A stretch of DNA of 63,106 bases, the filler included, from Chiloscyllium plagiosum (lineage: Eukaryota): the NCBI RefSeq assembly GCF_004010195.1. It is 5 parts of one record of this genome, joined end to end, with 100 filler letters (N's around TTAATTAATTAA, not from the genome) between each part and the next. Parts side by side here need not be neighbours in the genome. Positions count along the whole stretch, not along the records: positions 49,729 to 55,619 come from NC_057717.1; positions 55,720 to 63,106 come from NC_057717.1; 3 more parts are not named here. One strand, written 5' to 3'. Both the position numbers and the translations under genes were made by a program. The first letter of the stretch is position 1, and every line of letters starts with the position of its first letter. Positions 52,620 through 63,106 of the stretch are shown here, one piece after another. The notes beneath the pieces were generated by a model, which saw only the letters and a program-made list of their open reading frames with translations, ran no database searches and had not been told where the DNA came from.

Positions 52620-55420
52620 GCTATAGAAAGAGAGAAGATTGGAGCAGGAGTAGTCAAGTGAACCGTATGGAGATAAAGAGAGACGATACTGACAAATACA
52701 CATACGTTAAAACTTTGTCACATTTTGAGAAAGATGTCGAAGCCTTCATTATTTCATTTGTAAACTAGGCCAGGCAGATGGAGTCAGAACACTTATGGGT
52801 TATGCTCATTCAGAGTAAACTGGCAGAGAGAGCTGCTGAGGTATTTGCAGAGCTGTCGGATGAAGGGTCACTAGATTATGAAGATGTCAAACAAGCTACT
52901 TGGAGTACTTATGAATTGATACTAGAAGCGTGCCGATAGTGGATCAGAAACATAAGGAAGCAACCAGATCAGACTTATGTTGAGTTCTCAATCATTAAAC
53001 GAATTAATTTCGATATATGGGTCCGGGAATTAAAAGGAGATAAGACAATTGAGGAACGAAGAAAGATTATTCTGCTGGAGGAGTTTAAAAACTCATTTCC
53101 AGAGATGATAAGATTTCATGTAGCTGAACAGAAAGGTCAAGAAGTGAGAAGAACAGAAGAGATTGCAGATGAATATCCATAAGGGTGCATGAGGCAAAAT
53201 ATACCTTCCAGCAAGAATTTAATCCTGATAAGGATAGGAAATGGGAGAAGGGGAGATCCTGCACAATAAATCAATTAGTAGAGCACACTGATAATTTGTT
53301 ACCACAGCTTACCATGAAGCCTAAGAGAGTAGAAAGGAGTGAAGAGCTTCAGGTGTTTTCACTCTAAGAAGTGGACATGCAAAGTCACAGTGCCAGTCGT
53401 TAGAGGAAGGCACTGTGGGAAAAGTTGTGGCATAAATGCTAAGCCAGTGAGAAAAGTGTAAGGTAGACAAAAACAAATACAAGAAAAATCGAGGATTGCA
53501 GGAGAGTGAACAGCCTTGGCAGCGGCTGGGTATGAAGCTAGTGCCTGATCTTTATAAAGAAATGGCCTCTGTGGGTAAATTTTATTCAGAAAGAAAAGGG
53601 GTAGAAGGAGAATAAGTTACACTTTTGACAGATACAGAAACTGTCCAGTGTCTAATTGTAACAGATGAGATTATTTGCATTCTTCTGGAACTGTTTCCCT
53701 GAGATCATGTTAATTTTTCGGATAGATGGACAAAAATGTTACATTTCTCAATGGAGAATCTGGTTGGTGTGCCAGATTCAAAATTGGTGAAATAACAGAG
53801 GGATGAATGTCAAAGTGCGTTCCAGGAATACAATTTGCTCTTGCGATCAATTTGGCGGGGACAAGGTGGGAGTGACACCCCTTGTTTTAGAAATGCTAAA
53901 GGAAGACCAGGGAAATGATCAGTGAAAACAAAGTACCCTGTCACGTTTCCAGATTGTGTAGTAACAATTACCCACTGTCACAGCACGAAGCAAAAATTGA
54001 AGAGAAAGATGAAGGAGTAGAGGTACAGTTAGAGGAAACCCTGTTTGACATAATGGCGCAGGACAAACCTAAACAGTTAGCGGGTCAGTCCTGAAATTCT
54101 AATCGATTGTCGTAAAAAGAAGAGACAATAACAGATACATATATTGATGTAGACTTCGAAAAGGATTCTGAATGCATTCCCAATGGTTATTATCGGAGCG
54201 ATAGACTCTTAAGATAAAAATGGAACGCACGGCAGGTTAGGGCAGCGGGGAAATGGCTGGCTGTGTCCCAGTTTGTTTTCCTGGTAGCACATAAAGAGTA
54301 AGCATTACAACTGGCACATAAAGTATAAATTGAATGTCATCTGGGTGCGAGGAAAACTCAGACTAAGGAACAAAGGCAGTTCAATTGGCCTGGACTGCAC
54401 AAAGATGTGGTTAAGGTTTACTGTACACTTCAACCTTGCCAAATAGTAGGTAAGCCACAGGCACTAAAAACAAAACAGCATCTTTGTTGACTATTCCCGC
54501 ATTTGACGTACCATTGAAGTGGGTTATGATTGATTGTGTAAGTTCCCTCCTTAATACTAAAAGTGGGAAACAATATTTGTTAACCATAATAAATGTGCCT
54601 ACCAGATATCTAGAGAACGTTACATTACAGAGTGTTTACGAAAAAGGCTAATGCGGGAACTGGCATTTCTTGAGTTTTGGCCGCCTGGGGAGATTTATTA
54701 CTCCTGGGATTTTTAAAGAAGTTAAGGATGGTTCTGGCATCTTGGACTTTCAGGCACTTGGGTGCCATCCTGAATCCCAGCGATTCTTGAACAGTTAGTT
54801 TCAAGCCCTGAAGACCATGCCCTGAGCGTACTGTCAGTGTTACCCCTACTTATTTGGCCAGATGTATGCTATTAATGTTATTATACATTAAAGATGCCAC
54901 AATGGATCGAATCCATTTATTTGCTTGGAGTTAATATTCAGAAATGAAGTGAGAGGTCCTTTGAATTTAAAAAAAAAATAAGTAGGACTGATGTCGAAGA
55001 TCTCACACATGGTTTGTGTGTTGAGGTGGATGAAAGCAAACCGGAGAGATGTGTAAGGTTAACAGCACCTGGAGATGGCACAACAGACAATGCAACAGGC
55101 TGCAGATGTTTTTAAAAACTGTGAAATTCATGCATTTTCCAGTGGGAATGATGTATCTGTATTGTTACCAGTGGTAGGATATACCTTCGAAGTCAGGTTT
55201 AATGATCCTTATTAAATTGAGAAGGAAGCTGAGCCAGGTAAACTATCTGGTAATGAAGCCAGATTGGAAAAAAAAAAACTGTACCGAGTAGATCATGCGA
55301 ATATGTAGAAATCTTGCTATTGCCGAGACAGTGAAGTTGAGAAACAGTTGTAAGTTACTGTCCTGCAGAGTGAAGAATAAAATTCAGATATCATGGATTT
55401 TGATGTTCTCAAAAATACGT
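52620..55420 (+). mobile_element. Gmr1-like Ty3/Gypsy LTR retrotransposon internal region (gag-protease-integrase), degenerate
   Basis: EKDVEAFIISF and IILLEEFKNSFPE gag motifs, CFH..GH..SQC knuckle remnant ~53355-53392, LTDTETVQ protease remnant ~53625, HLGARKT..WPGLHKDV..C..CQIVGK zinc domain ~54340-54455, MIDCVSSL..KSG integrase core ~54530; no RT between protease and integrase. Confidence 0.85.
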
Positions 55421-55619
55421 TATAGAGTCACAGAGACAGAGGGATGTACAGCACGGAAACAGATCCTTCGCTCCAACTCGTCCATGCCGACCACATATCC
55501 CAACCCAACCTAGTCCCACTTGCCAGCAAACGCCCCATATACTTCCACATCCTTCCTGTTCATATACCCATCCAGATGACTTTTATTTGTTGCAATTTTT
55601 CTAGCCTCCACCACTTCTT
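55421..55619 (-). mobile_element. CR1/HER1-type 3' end
   Basis: GATGTACAGCACGGAAACAGATCCTTCGCTCCAAC tail motif; a similar piece lies at 61790-61870. Confidence 0.75.
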
Positions 55620-55779
55620 NNNNNNNNNNNNNNNNNNNNNNNNNNNNNNNNNNNNNNNNNNNNTTAATTAATTAANNNNNNNNNNNNNNNNNNNNNNNNN
55701 NNNNNNNNNNNNNNNNNNNAGGAGTATTGAATGTGCTGTCACTTTTCCTGTTCCTGCATGCAAGCTCATACCCATGTGC

Positions 55780-56250
55780 AACCACCTTGAAATGCTGAAT
55801 GAGCTCCTCTTTTAACTGCGGATATGTGCAGTGTCTGGCAGTACTGTTATATAAATGTTACCGACACTTTAACAGCACAAACCGGAATGCTGTCCGGGTC
55901 TTGCTGCACATGGACACAGGATGGTTCAGGAGCTGATGGGGGAAAACATGTTCTGAAAATTGTGTGATCTTCAGTCATCATACCCACTTCCGGTCTTATG
56001 ATGGGAAAAAACATTGATGGAGCAGCTGAAGATGTTTGTGCTGAGGAGGCTAACGTGAGGATCTCCTGCAGAGATGTCCCGGGACTGAGAGGATTGTTGG
56101 CGACTGACCTCAAACCTCTTTATTGTGTTCTGAAAGACCCCACCCAGTGGGAAAGTTGCACCTGATTCCCATTCAGCTTAAATAAGTAGGTGGGACCGAT
56201 GCCATCCTCAGTCAAATATTACCTTGGTATCAAAACCATTCACTCTTTCC
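55780..56250 (-). mobile_element. LINE RT fragment of the same family as 30745-33870
   Basis: ORF 55847-56113 IIRPEVGMMTEDHTIF...VHVQQDPDSI aligns with 32980-33110. Confidence 0.7.
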
Positions 56251-56989
56251 TGACCCCTTTTGTTCGCATCTTGTTCATACCAATAGGTGACAACATATGT
56301 GTAGGGAGTGTTTTCCTCTCACAGAAGGTAATCACTGCCAGGAAGTATCTGGGCTAGAAAAGGAGGGGAGCTACATCACTGAAAATATTTAAGGGGGAGG
56401 TAAATGGATGTTTGACTTGTCAGAGAGCTAAGGGGTGAAGAATTGGGCATTAAAGAGGAGCTAATGTCAACAGTAGATTAGCCATGATAGTATACAATGG
56501 CTTGATCATCTGAATTACCTGATCCTGTTCCTTTTGTCCTCATATTCAGTAATTGCAATGTTAATGATTGTAATTTTCCTGAACCTTCTTTTATTGAACG
56601 TTGCAATCAGAGAGAGTAAAGTATTTTGTGAGTCATCTCTGGTTGAGCTATGGGGACTGTGTTCACAGTGAATCTGGGTCTATAATTTGACCAACAAATG
56701 AACCATAAGTTGCAGAGAGGAAACACTCTTTAATGAGACCAGAGGCGTCTTTTGAACCAAATAACATTTTCCAACCGACGCAAAACCATGTGTGACAGTC
56801 TTGAGGGACTGAATGAGATCCTGTGTTAGTGTTGACCAGGTATCTGGGACAAGTGGCCTCCATCTGCTCCTTGCATAGCAACATAGGACTGAGCAGCAGG
56901 AGTGGGCCATTAGATACTTAATCACCTCTCCATGTGCTTTTAGTCTCAGCAGCACGTTTCTGTCTGTAAACCATTTTACTACATACCAA

Positions 56990-57795
56990 AAACAACTTTG
57001 AATAAATGCAACCATTTAGGCACCACAATCCTCTGGGGAAGGGAATTTCCACTTGAACAGCCCTTTGAGAATTTCTAATTTGTGTTCCACCAAATGTTGG
57101 AGAATCACTATGTCATTTTCCAGTCCCACTTCTCCACTGGTTACACCAATCTTAAATGCAACCAGTTTAGTGATGTGGCCAATGATATAGGTCTCAGAGT
57201 AGGTCATTTTCTAGAAAAATGTGAGACACGGAAAGTTGAACTCATCACAAATGTTAAAATGACAGAATGTCACAAATGTTATTCTGCCTTTGAAGTTATT
57301 CTGCTCTCACAAGCTACTGGTAGTGGGATTTCTTTCTGGAACAGTTGGATTTTGCTGAATTCCCTTCGTTTCAGGCAGTGGAGAGATGCCAATGAATCCT
57401 CACCAGGAATCCTTCACAAGTAGTAAAGATAACTCAGGGATTTTATGGTCTCACACTTTGCTATCGGGCGGAACAAAGTAAGAGAGAGGGATCAATCAGC
57501 TGCTGCTTCTCAAACAGGGAACATTTTTCTCCCTTTCTGTGTTGGAACAAACAATTATGTCAACTGAACACCAAACTGGACCATGTGCGATCTCCTGGAA
57601 CATTCTCTGGAAAACCTGATTATGGATTATATGCAGGTGCGTCATTGTTCTTGTTGTACACAATTCCTTCCAATCGCAAAAATGTCCCCACTTTATAATT
57701 TGATGACATGCTTACACATATCTGTGTAATTTGTAAATATTGGTAGGTGTCTTCATAGTATGTGCGTTAATATCAACGTATCTTTTCCTTAAAAT
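56990..57795 (+). repeat. Paralogous non-coding segment (intron-like part of the GPCR gene unit)
   Basis: 56990-57720 is an inverted diverged copy of 62371-63095; 57515-57795 aligns with 4845-5075 in the paralog A intron. Confidence 0.8.
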
Positions 57796-57879
57796 TTATT
57801 CTTTAGCTTTAGTCTCCCTGACAGGAGATAATATGCATCCAGCTGATACACTTTTCAGAAAGTCATGGATGGTTCAATA

Positions 57880-58530
57880 CTATTTCTCAGCTAAGATCAA
57901 AACTGATAATCCCCCATAACAAAAGGCCGGCATTCCCGCAATGAGTAAATGGAAACCTCTTTGAAACTCTTCGAAAAGAATTACATCTTTTTATTTTAGT
58001 TTAGGGGATCAAACCTGCACACAGTGTACTAGGTGTGGTCTCAGAAATGCCCTGTACAGACGCAGTAAAACATTCCTGCAAATAAATCTGATACTTTTTG
58101 CCACAAACAGCATTATTCCACTTAACTTCCAAATCACTTGCTGCATCTGACTTCATATGATTCATGTCGAAAGAACATGGAAACCTCCTGTATCACAGCG
58201 TTCTGCAATCTCTCTCCATTTAAATTGTTTACCATTGTTTCATCTTTCATGCCAAAATAGACAACTTACCTTATGTTATTTCTGCTGAAGGTTTACTCAC
58301 TAACCTTCCCTGCTGCATCACTTTGAAGACTCACTACCTCCATTTGACGACACATTGAATGACCTTCTTGATGTAAGAACTGATTCAGCTCCAAGCTATT
58401 CCCTCTCCTTCCTCCAGATCTTTGATAAAGATTACTGATCATTGATAACCCTACAGTGATCTCTGAGGCACTCCATCAGTTAAAGCTTTGCAGCCTGAAA
58501 ATGAACATTTGTCTCTACTCTCTATTTCCT
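57880..58530 (-). mobile_element. Degenerate CR1-clade RT fragment
   Basis: Plus-strand CCAAACTGCACACAGT..AGGTGTGGTCTCA-like and TGCAATCTCTCTCCATTTAAA motifs typical of antisense CR1 RT. Confidence 0.55.
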
Positions 58531-59424
58531 GTTAGCGACAGATTCCCTGTTCCTGTGTAGCAGCTCAGGTCGGTTGAATGGCCTCCACCTGGACTTTGTA
58601 GTGTACTGAACGAGCTGAATTACTTCATTCCATATTCCTGTGTAATTCCTTAGAAGGGCAGAATGGTCTCCTCCTATCTCATTGTAACGATCCTGTCTTA
58701 CTTCATGGAATGGTCCCCAACCCTGTAACAGCCTCGAGGGGTGGATTGAGGGAATAGCACATAGGGTAGGGACAGCAGTATATCTCTGTAACAGCCTCGA
58801 GGGCTGGATTGAGGGAACACATGGGGTAGGTGCAGAAGTTGCCCATTCGGCTGCACCATTCAGAATGGTCATGGCTGATCCGAGTGTGCCTGACCATCCA
58901 TTTCCTGTCTGTTCCCAATAAACACTGACTCTTCTGTCCAGTAAAGATCTCAGCCTGGAATATCTTCTATAACCGAGTCTTCCCTGCTCCCTGAGGATGA
59001 GGACACCACAGTTAGCACAATACTAAAGTGAAAGGAACATCCTTATTTCATTGTGGGACAACTGTTATTTTAAAACTGTGTTAACTGAACATCACATCAC
59101 CACCTTTTTTCAGAATAAGGACAGACTAATTAGGAATAAAGATAAACTATTCCGGACTCCACACCTATCCCACATTCCCACTGACCCTTTCCAATCAAAT
59201 ATGTATCACACCCAGTCTCTGCTGTTGTCTCAGGGAGAGAATGCCTGATAGCATAATACCGCAGGAGCATTAAGGAAATGAGCAGATTGAGGGCATATAG
59301 CCTATCGAGTCTGCAATTCCATTCAATAATTTCTTATATGTACCTCGACCTCATTCTTCTGCCTTCTTCTGGAATCCTTGATCCCCTTACAAATCAAAAA
59401 CAGATCGATTTGTATCTTAATGAC

Positions 59425-59725
59425 ACAGTGTATGTGCCTCTGCGTATCTGTATGTGTATAAGTGAGCGTGTGTCGGTATGTGTGTGTGTGTGTCTGTGCC
59501 TGTGTTTTTGTGTGTCTGTATGTGTGTGTCCCCATGTGCTTGTTATCTGTGTGTTTGTGTGTCTATATCAGTCTGTCTGTGTTTCAGCCTGTGTTGCTAT
59601 CTGTATTTATGTCTATTTGTATGTGACTGTATATGTCTCTGTGTGTTCATACGTGTGTGTATGCCTATCTCCTTGTACGTATTGTGTGTGTTCGTCTGTG
59701 TATTTCTGTGTCTGCGTCTCTGTGC
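59425..59725. repeat. Degenerate (TG)n microsatellite
   Basis: TG/TGTC/TGTA-rich low-complexity tract. Confidence 0.9.
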
Positions 59726-61162
59726 AATTAAGTATCTGGGGTTTTTTTGGAAGTGAAAGGACTGTTTTGGAACTGCGAGTGAGTTTAAACTGAGAATTGT
59801 CCTTCACTGAACATTGCTCCTTAACTGGTCAGTAGGATGTGGATGTTTCAGGTTCTGCACACGAGGCGTCCTGGTCATCTCCAGCTCTTTAAGAGTCCTC
59901 CCATCATGGCGGGGGGAGGAGAGTGAGGGAAAGGATATCGGGAACTCCACTACCCAGCTTGGACCATTCTATCCTATTCCAGGCGGTTTCTCCTGGAATG
60001 GGAAAAAGGGATGGAGGGAGATTGGGAATGGGGACCCTGCTGTTTGTGCGGGTGTAGGTGGTTGGGGGGTAGTTGTGAGGAGTCTGGAATAAGTCAGTCG
60101 ACAGATTTGAATCCATATAGTATTATTAGTTACTGAATCCAATAATGAGCGTGTTAGTGCCTGAGCTTTATTTGGAGACAGCGCGTGAACCTTGTTCGTG
60201 GTTAGGTGCTATAACAGATATACAGTGAGTGTGAGGGAGCAGAGAGTATATAGTAGCTCTTACCCTAACAGAGCGAGGAGGATACTGTTGCTTGTCCAGT
60301 ATTTTGGGACATTTCTTCAGATCATCTCAGCGTCGAGGTGAGCCTCCCTGAATGTCTTGTCCAGGTCTATCACTAATAACGACACAGACCTGTCCCTCAG
60401 CTTCCACAGAATCGGTTTAGGATTGTGTGTGTTCGTCTGTGTATTTCTGTGTCTGCGTCTCTGTGCAATTAGGTATCTGGGGTTTTTTTGGAAACGAAAG
60501 GGCTGTTTTGGAACTGCCAGTGAGTTTAAACTGAGAATTGTCCTTCACTGAACATTGCTCCTTAACTAGTCAGTAGGACGTGGATGTTTCAGGTTCTCCA
60601 TACGAGGCGTCCTGGTCATCTCCAGCTCTTGAAGAGTCCTCCCATCATGGCGGGGGGAGGAGAGTGAGGGAAAGGATATCGGGAACTCCACTACCCGGCT
60701 TGGACCATTCTATCCTATTCCAGGCGGTTTCTCCTGGAATGGGAAAAAGGGATGGAGGGAGATTGGGAATGGGGACCCTGCTGTTTGTGCGGGTGTAGGT
60801 GGTTGGGGGGTAGTTGTGAGGAGTCTAGAATAAGTCAGTCGATAGATTTGAATCCATATAGTATTATTAGTTACTGAATCCAATAATGAGCGTGTTAGTG
60901 CCTGAGCTTTATTTGGAGACAGCGCGTGAACTTTGTTCGTGGTTAGGTGTTATAACAGATATACAGTGAGTGTGAGGGAGCAGAGAGTATATAGTAACTC
61001 TTACCCTAACAGAGCGAGGAGGATACTGTTGCTTGTCCAGTATTGTGGGACATTTCTTCAAATCATCTCAGCGTCGAGGTGAGCCTCCCTGAATGTCTTG
61101 TCCAGGTCTATCACTAATAACGACACAGACCTGTCCCTCAGCTTCCACAGAATCAGTTTAGG
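59681..61162. repeat. 741-bp tandem duplication (59681-60421, 60422-61162)
   Basis: Near-identical copies with scattered substitutions. Confidence 0.95.
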
Positions 61163-61199
61163 TAGAGTTTACAGATAGCAAAGAGAAGCAAATATTGGT

Positions 61200-61780
61200 G
61201 TGTTATATATCGAAACCAAAACGGTAGCAGAAAATCGGAGCATCATATGCTGGAAATTAGATAGGCATGTATTGTGGATACCGCAGTCTTATTGAATGGT
61301 CTCAAGTTGTATCCAAACTGCGTTAACTAAGTGACTGCTGAAGCTGTGAAAAATAAGTTCCGTAAGTGTATATGAGGTGGGTTGAAGAGTATGTTGTGAA
61401 GCAAACTAGAGAGGAGGTTATTTCGGATTTGATGTTGTGTGGTCAGAAGGACAAATTATGAACGTTGGTCTGCATGCAATATAGAATGCTTGAATATTCC
61501 AGTCAATGAGGTGGGTTGAAGAGTATGTTGTGAAGCAAACTAGAGAGGAGGTTATTTCGGATTTGATGTTGTGTGGTCAGAAGGACAAATTATGAACGTT
61601 GGTCTGAAGCAGCTATTAAGGAATAATGACATTTATAAGGTGCATTTTACAAGGTGGCTGCATGCAATATAGAATGCTTGAATATTCCAGTCAAACATCA
61701 TGGAAGACTGGAGGCTAGTTTGTCAAGATATCTTCAGTGAATTGGTAAAGTGTAATATAACATTCAATGGGAGTTAAGCA
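61200..61780 (+). mobile_element. CR1 endonuclease-region remnant with internal rearranged duplication
   Basis: EEYVVKQTREEVISDLMLC resembles the CR1 motif EQYVxEPTRExAILDLVLC; 61372-61472 is repeated at 61506-61606. Confidence 0.55.
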
Positions 61781-62370
61781 ATGGTTGTTAGAGTCATAGA
61801 GTCCGACAGCACGGAGACAGGCCCTTCGGTCCAAACTGGTCCATTCCGACCAACATGCCCATCCACGCTANNNNNNNNNNNNNNNNNNNNNNNNNNNNNN
61901 NNNNNNNNNNNNNNNNNNNNNNNNNNNNNNNNNNNNNNNNNNNNNNNNNNNNNNNNNNNNNNNNNNNNNNNNNNNNNNNNNNNNNNNNNNNNNNNNNNNN
62001 NNNNNNNNNNNNNNNNNNNNNNNNNNNNNNNNNNNNNNNNNNNNNNNNNNNNNNNNNNNNNNNNNNNNNNNNNNNNNNNNNNNNNNNNNNNNNNNNNNNN
62101 NNNNNNNNNNNNNNNNNNNNNNNNNNNNNNNNNNNNNNNNNNNNNNNNNNNNNNNNNNNNNNNNNNNNNNNNNNNNNNNNNNNNNNNNNNNNNNNNNNNN
62201 NNNNNNNNNNNNNNNNNNNNNNNNNNNNNNNNNNNNNNNNNNNNNNNNNNNNNNNNNNNNNNNNNNNNNNNNNNNNNNNNNNNNNNNNNNNNNNNNNNNN
62301 NNNNNNNNNNNNNNNNNNNNNNNNNNNNNNNNNNNNNNNNNNNNNNNNNNNNNNNNNNNNNNNNNNNNNN

Positions 62371-63095
62371 GCATATAAACATGTCATCAGGTGATAAAGC
62401 AAAGACTTTTTGTTCTAAAGAAAGGCACTGTGTACAACAACAGCGATGTTGCATCTTCATATCGTCCATTACCATCCGATCCAGAGAATGGTCCAGGAGA
62501 GCACAGATGACCCAGTTTGATGTTCGGTTGACATTATTGTATGGTTCAACACAGAGAGGGAGAAACATGTTCCCTGCCTGAGAAGCAGCAGCTGATCGGT
62601 TTTCTCTCTTACTTTGTCACCCCCACCGATAGCAAAATGTGAGACCATAAAATCCCTAAATTATCTTCACCACTCGTGAAGGATTCCTGGTGAGGACTCA
62701 TTGGAATCTCTCCACTGCTGGAAGCAAACGGTGTTCAGCCAAATCCAACTGTTCCACAAATAAATACCATTACCAACAGCTTGTGTGAGTAGAATAATGT
62801 CGAAGACAGAATAACATTTGGGACACTCTATCTTTTTACCATTTTTTGTGAGTTCAACTCCTTGCATCTCACATTTTTCTCAAAAATGACCCTGTCTGAG
62901 TCCTAAACAATTGGTCATGTCACTAAACTGGCTACATTTAAAATTTGTTGTAACCAGTGGAGGAGTGGGAATGGAAAAGGACACAGTGATGTTCCAGCAC
63001 ACGAATGAGAAATTCTTATTGGACTGTTCAAGTGGGAATTCCCTTTTCCAAACGTTTGTGGTGCCTGGATGTTTGCATTTGTTCAAAGTTGTGCT
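62371..63095 (-). repeat. Inverted paralog of 56990-57720
   Basis: Shared blocks CCACTTGAACAG, CTCCACTGGTTACA, CCAATGArTCCTCACCAGGAATCCTTCAC, GATTTTATGGTCTCACA, ATCAGCTGCTGCTTCTCA. Confidence 0.9.
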
Positions 63096-63106
63096 GTATT
63101 CAAACA

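Noticed and set aside
57082..57423. Similar ORFs at 57082-57423 (+) and 62667-63086 (-) suggesting a conserved small protein
   Set aside because: The copies differ by indels that break the frame; similarity is explained by DNA-level duplication of non-coding sequence

Overview
Eukaryotic, repeat-rich draft-assembly sequence, almost certainly from a cartilaginous fish (shark): it carries HE1-type tRNA SINEs, many CR1-clade LINE fragments, Penelope-like elements, a Rex1/Babar LINE and a Gmr1-type Gypsy element. I see no intact protein-coding gene. The main non-transposon content is a decaying cluster of two-exon class A GPCR genes of the GPR139/GPR142-like type. There is one disrupted large coding exon 2 (11892-~12790, +) and three recognisable first exons (A ~2988-3322 +, B 30466-30598 -, C ~38614-38727 -). 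The copies share intron sequence, and A and C also share an upstream module; further intron-like copies lie at ~57-61 kb (+) and ~62.4-63.1 kb (-). Copy A has amplified a 42-bp (14-aa) N-terminal unit eight times. Other notable structure: two minisatellites born from reverse-transcriptase motifs, hammerhead-ribozyme core motifs in Penelope termini, fold-back hairpins, a 741-bp tandem duplication, mirror-oriented degenerate satellites, and synthetic N/TTAATTAATTAA assembly linkers. All alignments were done by eye, so most boundaries are approximate.
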